Source: an uncultured virus (IMG/VR IMGVR_UViG_3300049167_000097)
Lineage: Duplodnaviria > Heunggongvirae > Uroviricota > Caudoviricetes
Reading direction: 5' to 3' (one strand)
IMG/VR virus record: IMGVR_UViG_3300049167_000097
DNA length: 64,000 nucleotides
Positions 1 through 9,152 of the stretch are shown piece by piece. The notes below the pieces were generated by a model. That model had not been told where the DNA came from, made no database searches, and saw only the letters and a list, made by a program, of their open reading frames with translations. Within the stretch, counting starts at the first letter, position 1; each line of letters starts with the position of its first letter. A program made the translations under genes and the position numbers.

Positions 1-33
1 CGAAGGTGCCGATGAGGCGGCCGGCGGAGAGAG

Positions 34-828
34 TCAGGCGGCGGTGAGCGGCTCGGGCTCGGGGTGCTCTTCGCGGATACCGGTGACGTGGTAGCGGCGA
101 ACGACCTGGGCGAGCGCTTCCCTCGACTTCGCTGTGAAGGCGTCCGGCGTGGTGGACATCCAGTCGATGTAGGGCAGGACCCTGGCGATCGCGGCGGCTG
201 CGCGGGCGGCGTCTTCGCGGGACCACCAGCCGGTGAAGAGGCGCCAGCCTGAGCCGGTGACGATCTGCCATTCCTCGCCGAAGAAGCCGTTGCCGGTAGC
301 ACGGAGGAACAGCCCGTCGACGTCGGTCTTGTAGGCGAGCTGCCAGTGCTGGCGGGGCTCGGGGTCGTCGCCTTCGTGACTGAGCATGAGGATCGGGACG
401 GCGCCCTGGGTGTCCGCGTCGAACGTGGTTCGCAGCAGGCAGGCGATGGCGATGCCGATGACGCGGTTCTGCTCGGTGTTGTCGAGGTCGTCGAACGGCT
501 TCCGGAACATGGCGTGGGCGAGGGGCTTGTGGAGCGGCTCGTGAGGCAGGAGACGGTCAGTGGTGGCGTTCGGCGAGTGGACGTAGGGCCGGTAGCCGGG
601 CGGCAGGTCCGGGTCCTCGTTCGGCTCCTGCGAGTCCTGGAAGGCGCGCCAGCCGTCGAGGAGTTCGCGGTGCTCGGCGGGGTCGAGGATGACGGCGAGG
701 CATTCGTTGCCCTTGGCGTCGAGGACGTTGCGGGTCATTCGGCGGCCGTTGTGCTCGCGGTCGCCGTCGTTGAGGAACTGGTCGAGGGCCTCGTTCGCCC
801 TGTCGAGGGGGAAGCTGATCTGTGTCAC
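34..828 (-). CDS. Hypothetical phage protein
   Basis: 264-aa ORF with AAGGAG RBS, in the leftward early operon. Confidence 0.7.
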   Translation of the reverse strand: MTQISFPLDRANEALDQFLNDGDREHNGRRMTRNVLDAKGNECLAVILDPAEHRELLDGWRAFQDSQEPNEDPDLPPGYRPYVHSPNATTDRLLPHEPLHKPLAHAMFRKPFDDLDNTEQNRVIGIAIACLLRTTFDADTQGAVPILMLSHEGDDPEPRQHWQLAYKTDVDGLFLRATGNGFFGEEWQIVTGSGWRLFTGWWSREDAARAAAAIARVLPYIDWMSTTPDAFTAKSREALAQVVRRYHVTGIREEHPEPEPLTAA

Positions 829-952
829 TGCTGCTCCTTCGTGGGATGCTGGTGAGCGGCGCCCCGCAACTTCGACTTGCGGGGCGTTGGGCTGCCGGGG
901 CGGCGGGGGCTGGCTCTCCGCCGGCCCGGCAGGTCTTCGAGGGCCGATGGGC

Positions 953-1387
953 TCAGGCCTCGCGAGGGCGCGGAACGTAGATGAGCGGGAGTTCCTGGGT
1001 CATCTCGCTGCTGTTGTCGCGGTACGGGACCGGGGACACGTAGGGCAGGACGACCTCGGGTGCGAAGGGCCGCACGAGTTGCGTGTCGACTGCGGTGATG
1101 CGCGGCCGGGCGTTGATGACGGCCTGGCGGAGGCGCTCTTTGTCGGCCGCGTCCCGAATCGCTCGCTGCTGCAGACGCTGCAGTTCGGCGACGGCGGCGT
1201 CCCGTTCGGCGGCCTTCGGTTCGATGTCGGCGAGCTGGGCCTCGAGGTCGGCGATGCGCCGGTCCTGGCGGGCTATGTACTGGGCGGCACCGACGAGCTG
1301 CTTGCGCTGCTGCTGGACGGTGTCCGCGGGGCTGGTGGCGCGGTGCTTGGCGTGAGGCCGGCTGAAGCCGGGTATTGCGATGCTCAC
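953..1387 (-). CDS. Hypothetical coiled-coil phage protein
   Basis: AAGGAG RBS; heptad-like segment RIADLEAQLADIE. Confidence 0.7.
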   Translation of the reverse strand: MSIAIPGFSRPHAKHRATSPADTVQQQRKQLVGAAQYIARQDRRIADLEAQLADIEPKAAERDAAVAELQRLQQRAIRDAADKERLRQAVINARPRITAVDTQLVRPFAPEVVLPYVSPVPYRDNSSEMTQELPLIYVPRPREA

Positions 1388-1483
1388 TGCTGCTCCTTGC
1401 GGGTCTTGCGGGTGGGCCAGAGGCTGGGGCCACCGCCATGGCGCAGAACGTGAGGCCGATGGCGGTGGCGACGATCAGGTAGC

Positions 1484-1675
1484 TCACGGGGTGTCGAGTC
1501 CGAGGGCGGCCAGAAGCTGGGCGCGGTCTTCGTCGTTGCGGGCTGCCTTGTCGATGGCGCGGCGGGCGGCGGCTCGCTCGGCGTCGGTGGTGCCGTAGAG
1601 GGCGATGTCGGCGCCGAGGATGTTGGGGTCCTCGCGGCGGATGCCGCCCGTGCGACGCTTCTTCGGCGGGGTCAT
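1484..1675 (-). CDS. Small hypothetical protein (MTPPKKRR...)
   Basis: ATGA start/stop overlap with upstream gene. Confidence 0.6.
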   Translation of the reverse strand: MTPPKKRRTGGIRREDPNILGADIALYGTTDAERAAARRAIDKAARNDEDRAQLLAALGLDTP

Positions 1676-1908
1676 GACGTCACCGCCTCGTCCTCGTATC
1701 CGCCGCCGAACTCCTCGTCGATGACAATCAGGCCGGCGAGGATCGAGTCGATCGTGTGCGGGTCCTTGACCCACTTGGGGACGCGCGGCTTAGTCAGTCC
1801 GAGTGCCCTCAAAAGCGGGCCGGCGACCTGCTCCTGCACGACCGACTCCGTGTCGGGCAGATGCGACAGCAGCTCCGACATGACCACCGTTTCGGTCCGC
1901 GGCGTCAT
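1672..1908 (-). CDS. Small hypothetical protein (MTPRTETVV...)
   Basis: ATGA coupling on both sides. Confidence 0.6.
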   Translation of the reverse strand: MTPRTETVVMSELLSHLPDTESVVQEQVAGPLLRALGLTKPRVPKWVKDPHTIDSILAGLIVIDEEFGGGYEDEAVTS

Positions 1909-2420
1909 GACGTCGCCTCGCCGACGTAACGGACATAGACACGATGCGCGCCGTCGACGGTCCGAGCTGCGGCCTCGTAAGCACCGGCGGGGCTGTACGC
2001 GGTGATCCCGGCGGACTTGATGAGCGCTGCCGTGTTTCTTGCGGTGGCGATCGACGGAGTGGCCTTGACGACGTTCCACTCGCCGGGTCGGCTTCTCAAC
2101 TCGGCTGCCATCAACTTGTGTTGCTCAGGCCAGGTCGGACGAGGAATCATGCTCCGCTCGGAGGGCTCGCGGACCGCTCCACGGCTGAGCTTGTCGGCCA
2201 TGCGCCCGACGGCTTCGGCCTTCGCCCGGTTCTCCCGGTTGGAGGTCCCGTACTCAGCGGCCTTCTTGGCGAGCCAGGCAATGATCTGAGCGTCCCGGCG
2301 GGCGACCACTTCGGCGTCGTGCAGGTCGAGGAGCCTCTCGGCCTGGGTCTTAGCGTCCTCGTCGTCGTGGCTGGGGATGCTCCACCACAGGAGGCTGGCA
2401 ATCCTCTGGCGGGCGTTCAT
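1905..2420 (-). CDS. Hypothetical protein (MNARQRIAS...)
   Basis: ATGA coupling on both sides. Confidence 0.65.
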   Translation of the reverse strand: MNARQRIASLLWWSIPSHDDEDAKTQAERLLDLHDAEVVARRDAQIIAWLAKKAAEYGTSNRENRAKAEAVGRMADKLSRGAVREPSERSMIPRPTWPEQHKLMAAELRSRPGEWNVVKATPSIATARNTAALIKSAGITAYSPAGAYEAAARTVDGAHRVYVRYVGEATS

Positions 2421-2653
2421 GCGGCCCTCCGCGGTCCTGCGGGCTGGATGCCGTCTTCCATGGCGACCTGCACGGCGATGTCGACCACGTCGGCCGGCGT
2501 CTCGTCGGGGAGCTGGCTGAGCAGCCCTTCCAGCACCGTCTGCAGTCGAGCGTGCGACTTGATCAGGTCCAGCCGGCCGCAGGTGTCCAGGTCTGGCACC
2601 GCGGCAAGCGCGTCTCGGCACCTCTTCACTTCGCCATCCACGAAGCGGTTCAT
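2417..2653 (-). CDS. Hypothetical protein (MNRFVDGEV...)
   Basis: ATGA coupling; this is the real 3' part of track ORF 2417..3373. Confidence 0.6.
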   Translation of the reverse strand: MNRFVDGEVKRCRDALAAVPDLDTCGRLDLIKSHARLQTVLEGLLSQLPDETPADVVDIAVQVAMEDGIQPAGPRRAA

Positions 2654-2976
2654 GCGGCACCGTCCTGGATCACGTCGACGTGGGTGAGGCAGATGCCGCC
2701 TGCGTAGCCCTCGACGGAAACCACGGGCTCGCCGTGACCGAGGATCCAGGCGGGGGTGCGGGTAACCGTCTCCAGCCGCTTGCACGGGTCGGGGCTCCCG
2801 AAGGTGCGCCCCTCTGCGACGCGCGTCTGGTGGGCAACTGCTACCGAGTGCTCCGGCCGGATGCCGGGGTACGCCATCACCGGAGTGCCGATCGGGTAGC
2901 GCTTGTTGAACTCGTCGGCCTTGCGCTGGCCTTCCGCCTTGTCGGCCGCGAGCTTGGCCTGGTACTTGGAGCTCAT
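2650..2976 (-). CDS. Hypothetical protein (MSSKYQAKL...FNKRYPIGTPV)
   Basis: ATGA coupling. Confidence 0.65.
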   Translation of the reverse strand: MSSKYQAKLAADKAEGQRKADEFNKRYPIGTPVMAYPGIRPEHSVAVAHQTRVAEGRTFGSPDPCKRLETVTRTPAWILGHGEPVVSVEGYAGGICLTHVDVIQDGAA

Positions 2977-3581
2977 GCCGCCACCGCCTGACGGGCGGCG
3001 TCGTACTGGCCGATGCCCCACACGATCGCGTGGCAGGCGAACAGGAACTCCCACGAGTAGTCCTCGAAGGACTGCTCCCACTCATCCGGGATCCGAAGCC
3101 TGAAGTCACCGTGATCGAACGAGGCGACCGCGTACTCGGCCGTCCCCCGGTACTCCAGGTTGTGCTCGTCGCTGTGCAGGATCTGCTGGTCAACAGCCGC
3201 GACCGCGCCCGGGAAGCGGGCCTCATGCGCGGCGGCCTCTTCGACCAGCCAGGCCCGGAACAGTTCTTCCGACCACGACTTGATGTCGCCCCGGCCGGCG
3301 GTGACCTTCTCCTGCCAGTAGCCCGGGTTGATGCCGCCGCTTGCGGTCCGGCGGAACAGGTCGAAGAGGTCATCCGTCGGGTAGACGGAGAAGGCGAAGC
3401 TGAAGCCGTCGCCGCGCACCATCAGGTTGTGCGGCCATGTCACCAGGTCGAAGCAGTAGAAGCCGCCGGCCGGGTTGGCGAAGGCGAGGTGCCGGTACAG
3501 GCCGTCCTCGTGCAGGACGGTCATCTCGTGACCGGCGGCTTCCCGCTTGAACCGGGCGGCGTCCTTTGCGTACTCGTTCAT
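2973..3581 (-). CDS. Conserved-looking phage hypothetical protein (HEMTVLHEDGLYRHL...INPGYWQEK)
   Basis: GGAGG RBS, ATGA coupling, globular composition. Confidence 0.7.
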   Translation of the reverse strand: MNEYAKDAARFKREAAGHEMTVLHEDGLYRHLAFANPAGGFYCFDLVTWPHNLMVRGDGFSFAFSVYPTDDLFDLFRRTASGGINPGYWQEKVTAGRGDIKSWSEELFRAWLVEEAAAHEARFPGAVAAVDQQILHSDEHNLEYRGTAEYAVASFDHGDFRLRIPDEWEQSFEDYSWEFLFACHAIVWGIGQYDAARQAVAA

Positions 3582-3964
3582 GCCTGGCCTCCGGCCTTGT
3601 GGTGGGCGTTCCATGCCTGGGTGTGGTCGGCGATCCGCTGGGCGAGCCACGCTTCCCACGTCGGGTCGCCGGACTCGGTGCCGCAGCAGTCGGACTGGCA
3701 GGCGAGCCGGGCGAACAGCGGGTCGGCCGGGTCGAGGAGGTGGGCCTGTTCGGCGCGGGAGCCGGCCGCGGTACGCACCTGCTCCTCCACGACCGGCAGC
3801 GGCACATCAAGGGCGGCGATCTGCGGCTGGTCGACACAGCGGACACACGACGTGTCCTCGCAGTCGTCGACGTGCAGCTCGGCGATGAACGGGATGCCGG
3901 ACGTCGGCAGCGACAGGAACTCGCGGGCAGTCAGCGGACGGCCGGACGGGATCGGGTTCGTCAT
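3578..3964 (-). CDS. Hypothetical Cys-containing protein
   Basis: Coupled ORF in operon. Confidence 0.6.
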   Translation of the reverse strand: MTNPIPSGRPLTAREFLSLPTSGIPFIAELHVDDCEDTSCVRCVDQPQIAALDVPLPVVEEQVRTAAGSRAEQAHLLDPADPLFARLACQSDCCGTESGDPTWEAWLAQRIADHTQAWNAHHKAGGQA

Positions 3965-4677
3965 CACGCACCGCCCGTCGACGCGGAGCAGCCGCAAAAG
4001 TGGGGGCACCGGTCGCAGTCCTGGCAGATCTCGTGCGGGCAGTGGCCACAGTCCAGGCGCCGGGCCAGCGGAATGCCGCAGCGGTGGGTCACGGAGGTGG
4101 CCGGATAGTCCCGCTCGATCTGCGCAAGCTGGGCCCGGAGGCTGTCGCCCTTGTCGATCGCCCGGAGGCGAAGGTCGTCCAGTCCGGCGACCTGCTTCTC
4201 CAGCTCGGCAACTCGGGTCTCGGCCTTCTCAGCGCGGTCGCGCCAGCGCTTCTTGCCGTCCTGGTGGTGCTGGATGTCGCGGCGCAGCTGCGGGAGCGTG
4301 TGCCGCTCGAGGTGACCGAGGTGGTCCTTGTAGCTGTCCAGCTCGGCGCGGAGGCGGTCGATCTCGGCGGCCTGCTCGGCGACCAGCGCCTCCAGCGTGC
4401 GGGTGTGCAGCAGGAGTTCGCGGACCTCGGCAACCAGGGCGGGCACGTCGGTGCGGGCGGCGGCGACGAATGCGGCGTCGGCGCGGTCCTGCTCCATGCT
4501 GGTTGCGCCTCGGCAGGTCTCACCGATCCACTCAGAGATCCCGGGCACGTACTCGGCGCCCTGGTAGATCTCCCAGGAGTCGGTGCACCACGGGCCGGGG
4601 GTCGCGGCGTTCGCGCGGGCCTCGATGGCGGCGAGCCACTGCTCACCGGTGGGCTGGGGTGCGGCCTGCTCGCTCAT
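3964..4677 (-). CDS. Ead/Ea22-like protein with coiled coil and Cys-rich C-terminus
   Basis: IEARANAATPGPW...DAAFVAAARTDVPALVAEVREL motif. Confidence 0.65.
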   Translation of the reverse strand: MSEQAAPQPTGEQWLAAIEARANAATPGPWCTDSWEIYQGAEYVPGISEWIGETCRGATSMEQDRADAAFVAAARTDVPALVAEVRELLLHTRTLEALVAEQAAEIDRLRAELDSYKDHLGHLERHTLPQLRRDIQHHQDGKKRWRDRAEKAETRVAELEKQVAGLDDLRLRAIDKGDSLRAQLAQIERDYPATSVTHRCGIPLARRLDCGHCPHEICQDCDRCPHFCGCSASTGGA

Positions 4678-4943
4678 GCCGCACCTCCGGCGCGGACCAT
4701 GAGTCGCGGGTCGTAGGCGGCGAGGACCTTGTTCGCACGAGCCAGACCGGCCAGCGCGTACTCGCGGTCGGTGCGGTCCTCGGCGTCGAGCAGCGCACCG
4801 AACGACGGGCGGTAGTGCAGGGCCTCGCGCTTCGCGCACTCGGCGTCGATCTCCGCCTGCAGCACGTGGACCGGCATGCAGCCGCCGATCAGAATCGCGA
4901 CCGCATCAGGCGTCTCCGCCAGCAGCTTCGGGAAGGTGATCAC
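4674..4943 (-). CDS. Hypothetical protein (paralog of 48252..48524)
   Basis: Coupled ORF; shared LARANxVLAAxDPRL motif. Confidence 0.6.
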   Translation of the reverse strand: MITFPKLLAETPDAVAILIGGCMPVHVLQAEIDAECAKREALHYRPSFGALLDAEDRTDREYALAGLARANKVLAAYDPRLMVRAGGAA

Positions 4944-5446
4944 TTCGCACCGCCCTTACCGTTGATGAGGCGGGCGATGGCCAGCGGGTGGGCGATGCAC
5001 CGGCAGGGAGCCTCGTCGCCGCACGTGGTGCAGAAGTCGCGCTCGTCGTGGCCGTCACAACCCTCACCGCAGTTGGGGCAGTCAGGAGTGTCGGCCTCGG
5101 TCTCGTAGTTCACGGCCGTCTGCTCCAGCCATTCGGCCAGTGCGGCGCCGACGGACGGCTGCATGAGGGCGATGTACTCGGCGTTCCACGGCTCGCGGAT
5201 GCCGCCGTACCCAGACCGGATGCGGCCCGACGCGACAACCTCGGACTCGACCGAGCCAGCCGGGTGGGCGTGGGAGTAGACGGCGCTCGTCGCCGTAGCG
5301 CGCGGCGACCAGACGGAGCTGGTGTGCCACGGGCTGTCGGTCGCGTGCTTGATGCGCTTGCGCAGCTTGGCGACAGCGGCGCGGATCTCGGCAACCGGGC
5401 GGGGTTCACCGGTTGATGCGGATGGAATGATGGACATCAGGTCCAC
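4940..5446 (-). CDS. Ead/Ea22-like protein with Cys-rich C-terminus
   Basis: ATDSPW...NAEYIALMQPSVGAALAEWL motif. Confidence 0.55.
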   Translation of the reverse strand: MDLMSIIPSASTGEPRPVAEIRAAVAKLRKRIKHATDSPWHTSSVWSPRATATSAVYSHAHPAGSVESEVVASGRIRSGYGGIREPWNAEYIALMQPSVGAALAEWLEQTAVNYETEADTPDCPNCGEGCDGHDERDFCTTCGDEAPCRCIAHPLAIARLINGKGGAK

Positions 5447-5524
5447 CTCTCTTCTTCGCGGATGGTGTGGGTGGATCAGGGGTCGTCCCGGGACTGGGGT
5501 TTCGGGGCGGCCCCACTTGCCGCT

Positions 5525-5833
5525 CTAGGCGGCGGACTTGAGCTGGCGGGTCTTGCGGCGGGGCCGGCGGGGACCGGAGCGGCCGTCGACCTTGTTGGCG
5601 CAGTAACCGGCGATCTCGGCGAGCTGAGAGTCGGAGAACTTCAGCTGGCCGGCCATGCGGGTGCAGGGGAATCGCGGTCCCTTGCTGCCGTCCTCGGGCC
5701 TGTTGACTCCGTCGCGCAGCCACTTCTGGCCACGCTTGTCCTCCGGGTCCTTCGGGTCGGAGAGTCCGAGTCGTTCGCAGGCCTGCTTGAGGTTGTGGAA
5801 GTTCTCGAGCACGAGGGCCTGGGGGGCGGCCAT
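5525..5833 (-). CDS. Putative excisionase / winged-HTH DNA-binding protein
   Basis: Small basic protein (LKQACERLG...WLRD...FPCTRMAGQLKFSDSQL) directly after cro-like gene. Confidence 0.55.
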   Translation of the reverse strand: MAAPQALVLENFHNLKQACERLGLSDPKDPEDKRGQKWLRDGVNRPEDGSKGPRFPCTRMAGQLKFSDSQLAEIAGYCANKVDGRSGPRRPRRKTRQLKSAA

Positions 5834-5834
5834 G

Positions 5835-6086
5835 TCATTCCTTTCGGTTGGGCTCTCTCTGGTCGAGGAGCTGGAGGTCGTGAAGCTGCACGTGGAGGGC
5901 GGTTCGGAGCGCCTTGTACGTGGGGGGTGTGAGGTTCTGCCGCGCTCTGGTCTCGAGCTGGCTCAGGTAGGGCCGGCTTATCCCGGCGGCGGCAGCGCAC
6001 TCGGCTTGACTCATGCCGAGCTCCTTACGGCGTGTGCGGATTGCCGCCCCTTTCACCAGGTAGGTGGTGGCTGGGGGTTCTTCCAT
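5835..6086 (-). CDS. Cro-like XRE HTH regulator
   Basis: IRTRRKELGMSQAECAAAAGISRPYLSQLE; divergent from repressor; TAGATT -10 just upstream suggests a leaderless mRNA. Confidence 0.85.
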   Translation of the reverse strand: MEEPPATTYLVKGAAIRTRRKELGMSQAECAAAAGISRPYLSQLETRARQNLTPPTYKALRTALHVQLHDLQLLDQREPNRKE

Positions 6087-6261
6087 GAGGAGAATCTAGC
6101 GGTGCCATCTAGAGGAAACTAGAGGAACTGAGGAGTAACTTACAGAAGTCTCTATTAGCCTCTAGGGCGCACATCAAGATGCGGCTAACCGCGCGTCAAG
6201 AACTGGCCACACAGAGAGACGCTGCTAGCGGTAGCTAGAAGTAGCTGGGATACTCCGGGGT
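6087..6261. promoter_or_regulatory. Lysis/lysogeny divergent switch with phased TAGAG/CTCTA repeats
   Basis: AT-richer intergenic region; TAGAG at 6110 and 6120, CTCTA at 6150 and 6160. Confidence 0.7.
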
Positions 6262-6714
6262 ATGGCTGCCCTAACCGACCGCGAAGCTCGCCAGCTCCAG
6301 CTGCTGGCCGAGCTCGTGACGCAGCGCCGACGCGCCCTCCGCTTCTCGAGCAAGGACAAGGCCGCCGACGCGTGCGGGCTCTCCCACATGCCGTACCGCA
6401 ACGTGGAAGCCGGCCGCCCTGTCAGCGCCGCCACCTACGCAAAGATCGAGCTCGCCTTCGAGATGAAGCCGGGCTCCTGTCAGGCAGTCCTCAACGGCAC
6501 GGACTCCATCACCCTGCTCGACGGCACGGAACTGATCGGCGGGGCACAGATCACACGTCCGACTCCGGAGCAGCTCACCGACGGCGCCCGACAAGCCGTC
6601 AACGTTGCCGCACGGATGACGGTCCCCGGACTGACACTCGGTCAGACCGATGAGCTCACCGAGCAGGTCGTGAAGGAACTGCAACGGCGCGGAATCATTC
6701 CCCCCGGCGCGTGA
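6262..6714 (+). CDS. Probable immunity repressor (XRE-like HTH)
   Basis: LAELVTQRRRAL..SKDKAADACGLSHMPYRNVEAG; upstream of integrase, divergent from cro. Confidence 0.7.
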   Translation: MAALTDREARQLQLLAELVTQRRRALRFSSKDKAADACGLSHMPYRNVEAGRPVSAATYAKIELAFEMKPGSCQAVLNGTDSITLLDGTELIGGAQITRPTPEQLTDGARQAVNVAARMTVPGLTLGQTDELTEQVVKELQRRGIIPPGA

Positions 6715-6867
6715 TCAGCGGGGATTCGCGTACAACCTTTCCGCCGTAACCGTTTCGTTATGGTTCAACGCGTGACTACTAGCTGACACCACCTGTCACA
6801 AGCGTGTTCGACGTGGCACGCTTTGTGACACCTGGAGGGGTTCTCCGCGAGTAGAGAAGGGGGACCT

Positions 6868-7065
6868 ATGAGCACAGTTGTCGAAGTAGACGTCGGGGCC
6901 GGCCATGAAGCGCATGCCCTCGAAGTCGATGGCGAGGAACTGTGTGTCCTAAGCCCCGCGGCAGCCAGTGATGCGGACATGAGAGCCCGCATACGCCGGA
7001 TGATGCGAGGAGTGGGACGGGACTGCGGAGAGTGTCGCGGCTGCATCGTGGGCACGGCACAGTAA
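6868..7065 (+). CDS. Small hypothetical protein between repressor and integrase
   Basis: GGGGGA RBS; C-terminal CxxCxxC. Confidence 0.55.
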   Translation: MSTVVEVDVGAGHEAHALEVDGEELCVLSPAAASDADMRARIRRMMRGVGRDCGECRGCIVGTAQ

Positions 7066-7143
7066 GCAGTCCAACGCGGAGTCAGGCGGCAGGGGTGCCC
7101 GCCGACTTCCGCACCCTCACCTCCTCCAGACAAGCGAGGGGCT

Positions 7144-8508
7144 ATGCCCTATCCAGAGAAGCGCGGGTCCGGCGCCACCCCGTGGCGTGTCCGCTGGGAC
7201 AGCGGACGAGTCAACCCGGAGACAGGCAAGAAGATCTACGACAGCCAATCCGGCTTCAAGACCCGGCCAGAGGCCTACGCATACGGCCTTGACCGTGAGT
7301 CGGACGTCCGCAACGACCGGTACATCAGCCGGCGCGACGGCTCCGTCCTCATGAAGGACTACGTCAAGGACTGGCTCGACGGCATCGACGTCGGCCACCT
7401 GAGAGAACGTCAATGCCGGTCCATGGCCAGGCTGTACATCGTGCCCCGCTGGGGTGAGACGACCGTTGGCGACATCAAGCCCTCCGCCTACCGGGCTTGG
7501 GAGAAGGAACTCCGCGCCCGGCCGAACGTCGGCGACGACTACGCGCGCGAGATCCTCGGCCTGTTCGCCATGATGATGGAAGACGCCGTCGACGACGAGC
7601 TACGCAAGGCCTCCCCCGTCAGTCACAAGCGGCGCCGCGGCAAGTACAAGAAGAAGCCGCGGGAGAAGAAGACCGACATGCGCATGGAGGACGTGCACCA
7701 GCTCGCACTCAACGCGCTCGTCTTCTGGGGCTTCCCGGGCTACGTGTTCGTGTGGACGATGGCGATGACCGGCATGCGGCCTGCAGAGCTGTACGCGCTG
7801 CGCAAGGAGTACTGCCACCCCGCCTGGCCCACGGCCGACCCGGACGAGGAGCGGCGCGAGGAGAGCCTGGCCCGCTACCGCGACGGCGAGGAGCCGATGC
7901 CGGCGATCCGGGTGCAGTACCAGCACCAGTGGAAAGACAGCGTGCTGACGCTGCTGCCGCCGAAGTACGACAGCTATCGCACGCTGGTCATCCCGCCGTT
8001 CCTGGCGGAGCTCCTCGAGGCGCTGTGCGCGTCGCACGAGTCTGAGTGGGTGTTCCCTTCAATCAATGGTGGGCCGCTGGCGAAGGCGAACTTCACCTAT
8101 CACTACTGGAGGAAGATCGCCGACGGGCAGGAGCCGCGGGAGCAGCGCCGTGGAGGGTGGCGCCCGCTGCCCGGCTGGCCGGCCGTGAAGGCTTACAAGG
8201 GCAAGCGGCTGTACCTGCTCCGACACGGGCACAAGGAGTGGTGTGACGAAGGCGGGGCCCGCAGGGTGGCGGTGGAGGGCCGTATGGGTCACGAGCTGCC
8301 CGGCGTCGAGGGTGTCTACAGCAACGTGACAAGCGCCATGGAGCGCGAGATCATGGACTTGCTGCAGCTGAAGTGGCAGCGGCACATCGTGACGTTGAGC
8401 ACAGACTGGGGGGCAACTTCTCCCAGTCCTCTCCCAGTTGATCTTTCGGTCTGGATGAAGACGCAGATCACAAAGGCGGAGAAGGTGCTCCGGCGAACTG
8501 GTTCATGA
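7144..8508 (+). CDS. int: Tyrosine integrase
   Basis: N-terminal arm-binding-like region (WRVRW...SGFKTRPEA), TGMRPAEL, YLLRHGH, RMGH...GVYS catalytic motifs. Confidence 0.92.
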   Translation: MPYPEKRGSGATPWRVRWDSGRVNPETGKKIYDSQSGFKTRPEAYAYGLDRESDVRNDRYISRRDGSVLMKDYVKDWLDGIDVGHLRERQCRSMARLYIVPRWGETTVGDIKPSAYRAWEKELRARPNVGDDYAREILGLFAMMMEDAVDDELRKASPVSHKRRRGKYKKKPREKKTDMRMEDVHQLALNALVFWGFPGYVFVWTMAMTGMRPAELYALRKEYCHPAWPTADPDEERREESLARYRDGEEPMPAIRVQYQHQWKDSVLTLLPPKYDSYRTLVIPPFLAELLEALCASHESEWVFPSINGGPLAKANFTYHYWRKIADGQEPREQRRGGWRPLPGWPAVKAYKGKRLYLLRHGHKEWCDEGGARRVAVEGRMGHELPGVEGVYSNVTSAMEREIMDLLQLKWQRHIVTLSTDWGATSPSPLPVDLSVWMKTQITKAEKVLRRTGS

Positions 8509-8745
8509 AATTCATCACTACGAAGAGCTTCATGCCGTTCGTGATCTACCGGATTCTGCTCGGAATCCTGCTGTACATCCTGGTGGGGACGGATGTGCTG
8601 AGCCCGCACGCGGGTGAGTCGGGGGACTGAGCGAGCAGTTCGCGCTCTATCACCGCCTGGCGGATGCTAGAGACTACTAGAGCGAATTAGAGGTAATTCG
8701 AAGCCTCTGGAGATGATCGTCTCCCATTCGTCTCCCACTCTCCCA
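8419..8745. other. Putative attP (core near TGGTTCATGAA 8499-8509, with arm-type repeats)
   Basis: TCTCCCA repeats at 8419, 8430, 8720, 8731 and 8739 flank the start of a host-gene fragment right after int. Confidence 0.75.
8499..8630 (+). pseudogene. uppP: 3' fragment of undecaprenyl-diphosphatase (replacement C-terminus carried at att)
   Basis: Translates as WFMKFITTKSFMPFVIYRILLGILLYILVGTDVLSPHAGESGD*, recognised as the C-terminus of Streptomyces BacA/UppP. Confidence 0.85.
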
Positions 8746-9027
8746 ACAGGAGAAGCCGGAGCACGGGAGACGCGTCAGGGCGGAGCGACCACCTGGAGGG
8801 GTGATACGTCGCTCCGCCCTGACTTCTTTGCTCAACGATTGCCATGTACACGCGTTACCGGCGGACTGGTCACTCGTTCGAGCGAGTTTGAGCATGAACC
8901 GATCAGGAGATAGCAAGACCGCCCGCCCGCCGCTATTGGGGTGCGCGGCAGGCGGGCGGCCGTTGTGCGACGTGAGCCAGCACCAGGCCCCGTCGGTCCG
9001 CGACCAGCTCGCCACCTATTGAAGCCA

Positions 9028-9047
9028 CTTTCGGCATATGCCGAAAG
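9028..9047. repeat. Perfect 20-bp palindrome
   Basis: CTTTCGGCAT|ATGCCGAAAG. Confidence 0.9.
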
Positions 9048-9054
9048 GGTCGGT

Positions 9055-9070
9055 TCGAACTAAGGTTCGG
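9055..9070. promoter_or_regulatory. LexA (SOS) box
   Basis: TCGAAC-TAAG-GTTCGG matches actinobacterial GAAC-N4-GTTC. Confidence 0.7.
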
Positions 9071-9152
9071 TTCATTTTATGATCATGAAAGTCAGCAGAA
9101 AGCGACCACTTGGGTACTGACCCATGATCGTCCCGGTCAGAGCGTTTGTCGA

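Noticed and set aside
1384..1487. Small TM gene (MSYLIVATAIG...) that would end at the next start codon if one C were added near 1426-1429
   Set aside because: Could be a homopolymer sequencing error or a minor pseudogene; cannot be resolved without reads. The 825..1487 track ORF is probably an artefact of it.
6796..6811. Possible SOS boxes TCACAAGCGTGTTCGA (6796) and CACAACACACGTTCGA (60340)
   Set aside because: Only one half-site matches the consensus; too weak to call.
8499..8630. uppP as a functional phage-borne gene or start of host chromosome
   Set aside because: Only the last 43 codons are present and phage-type genes follow.
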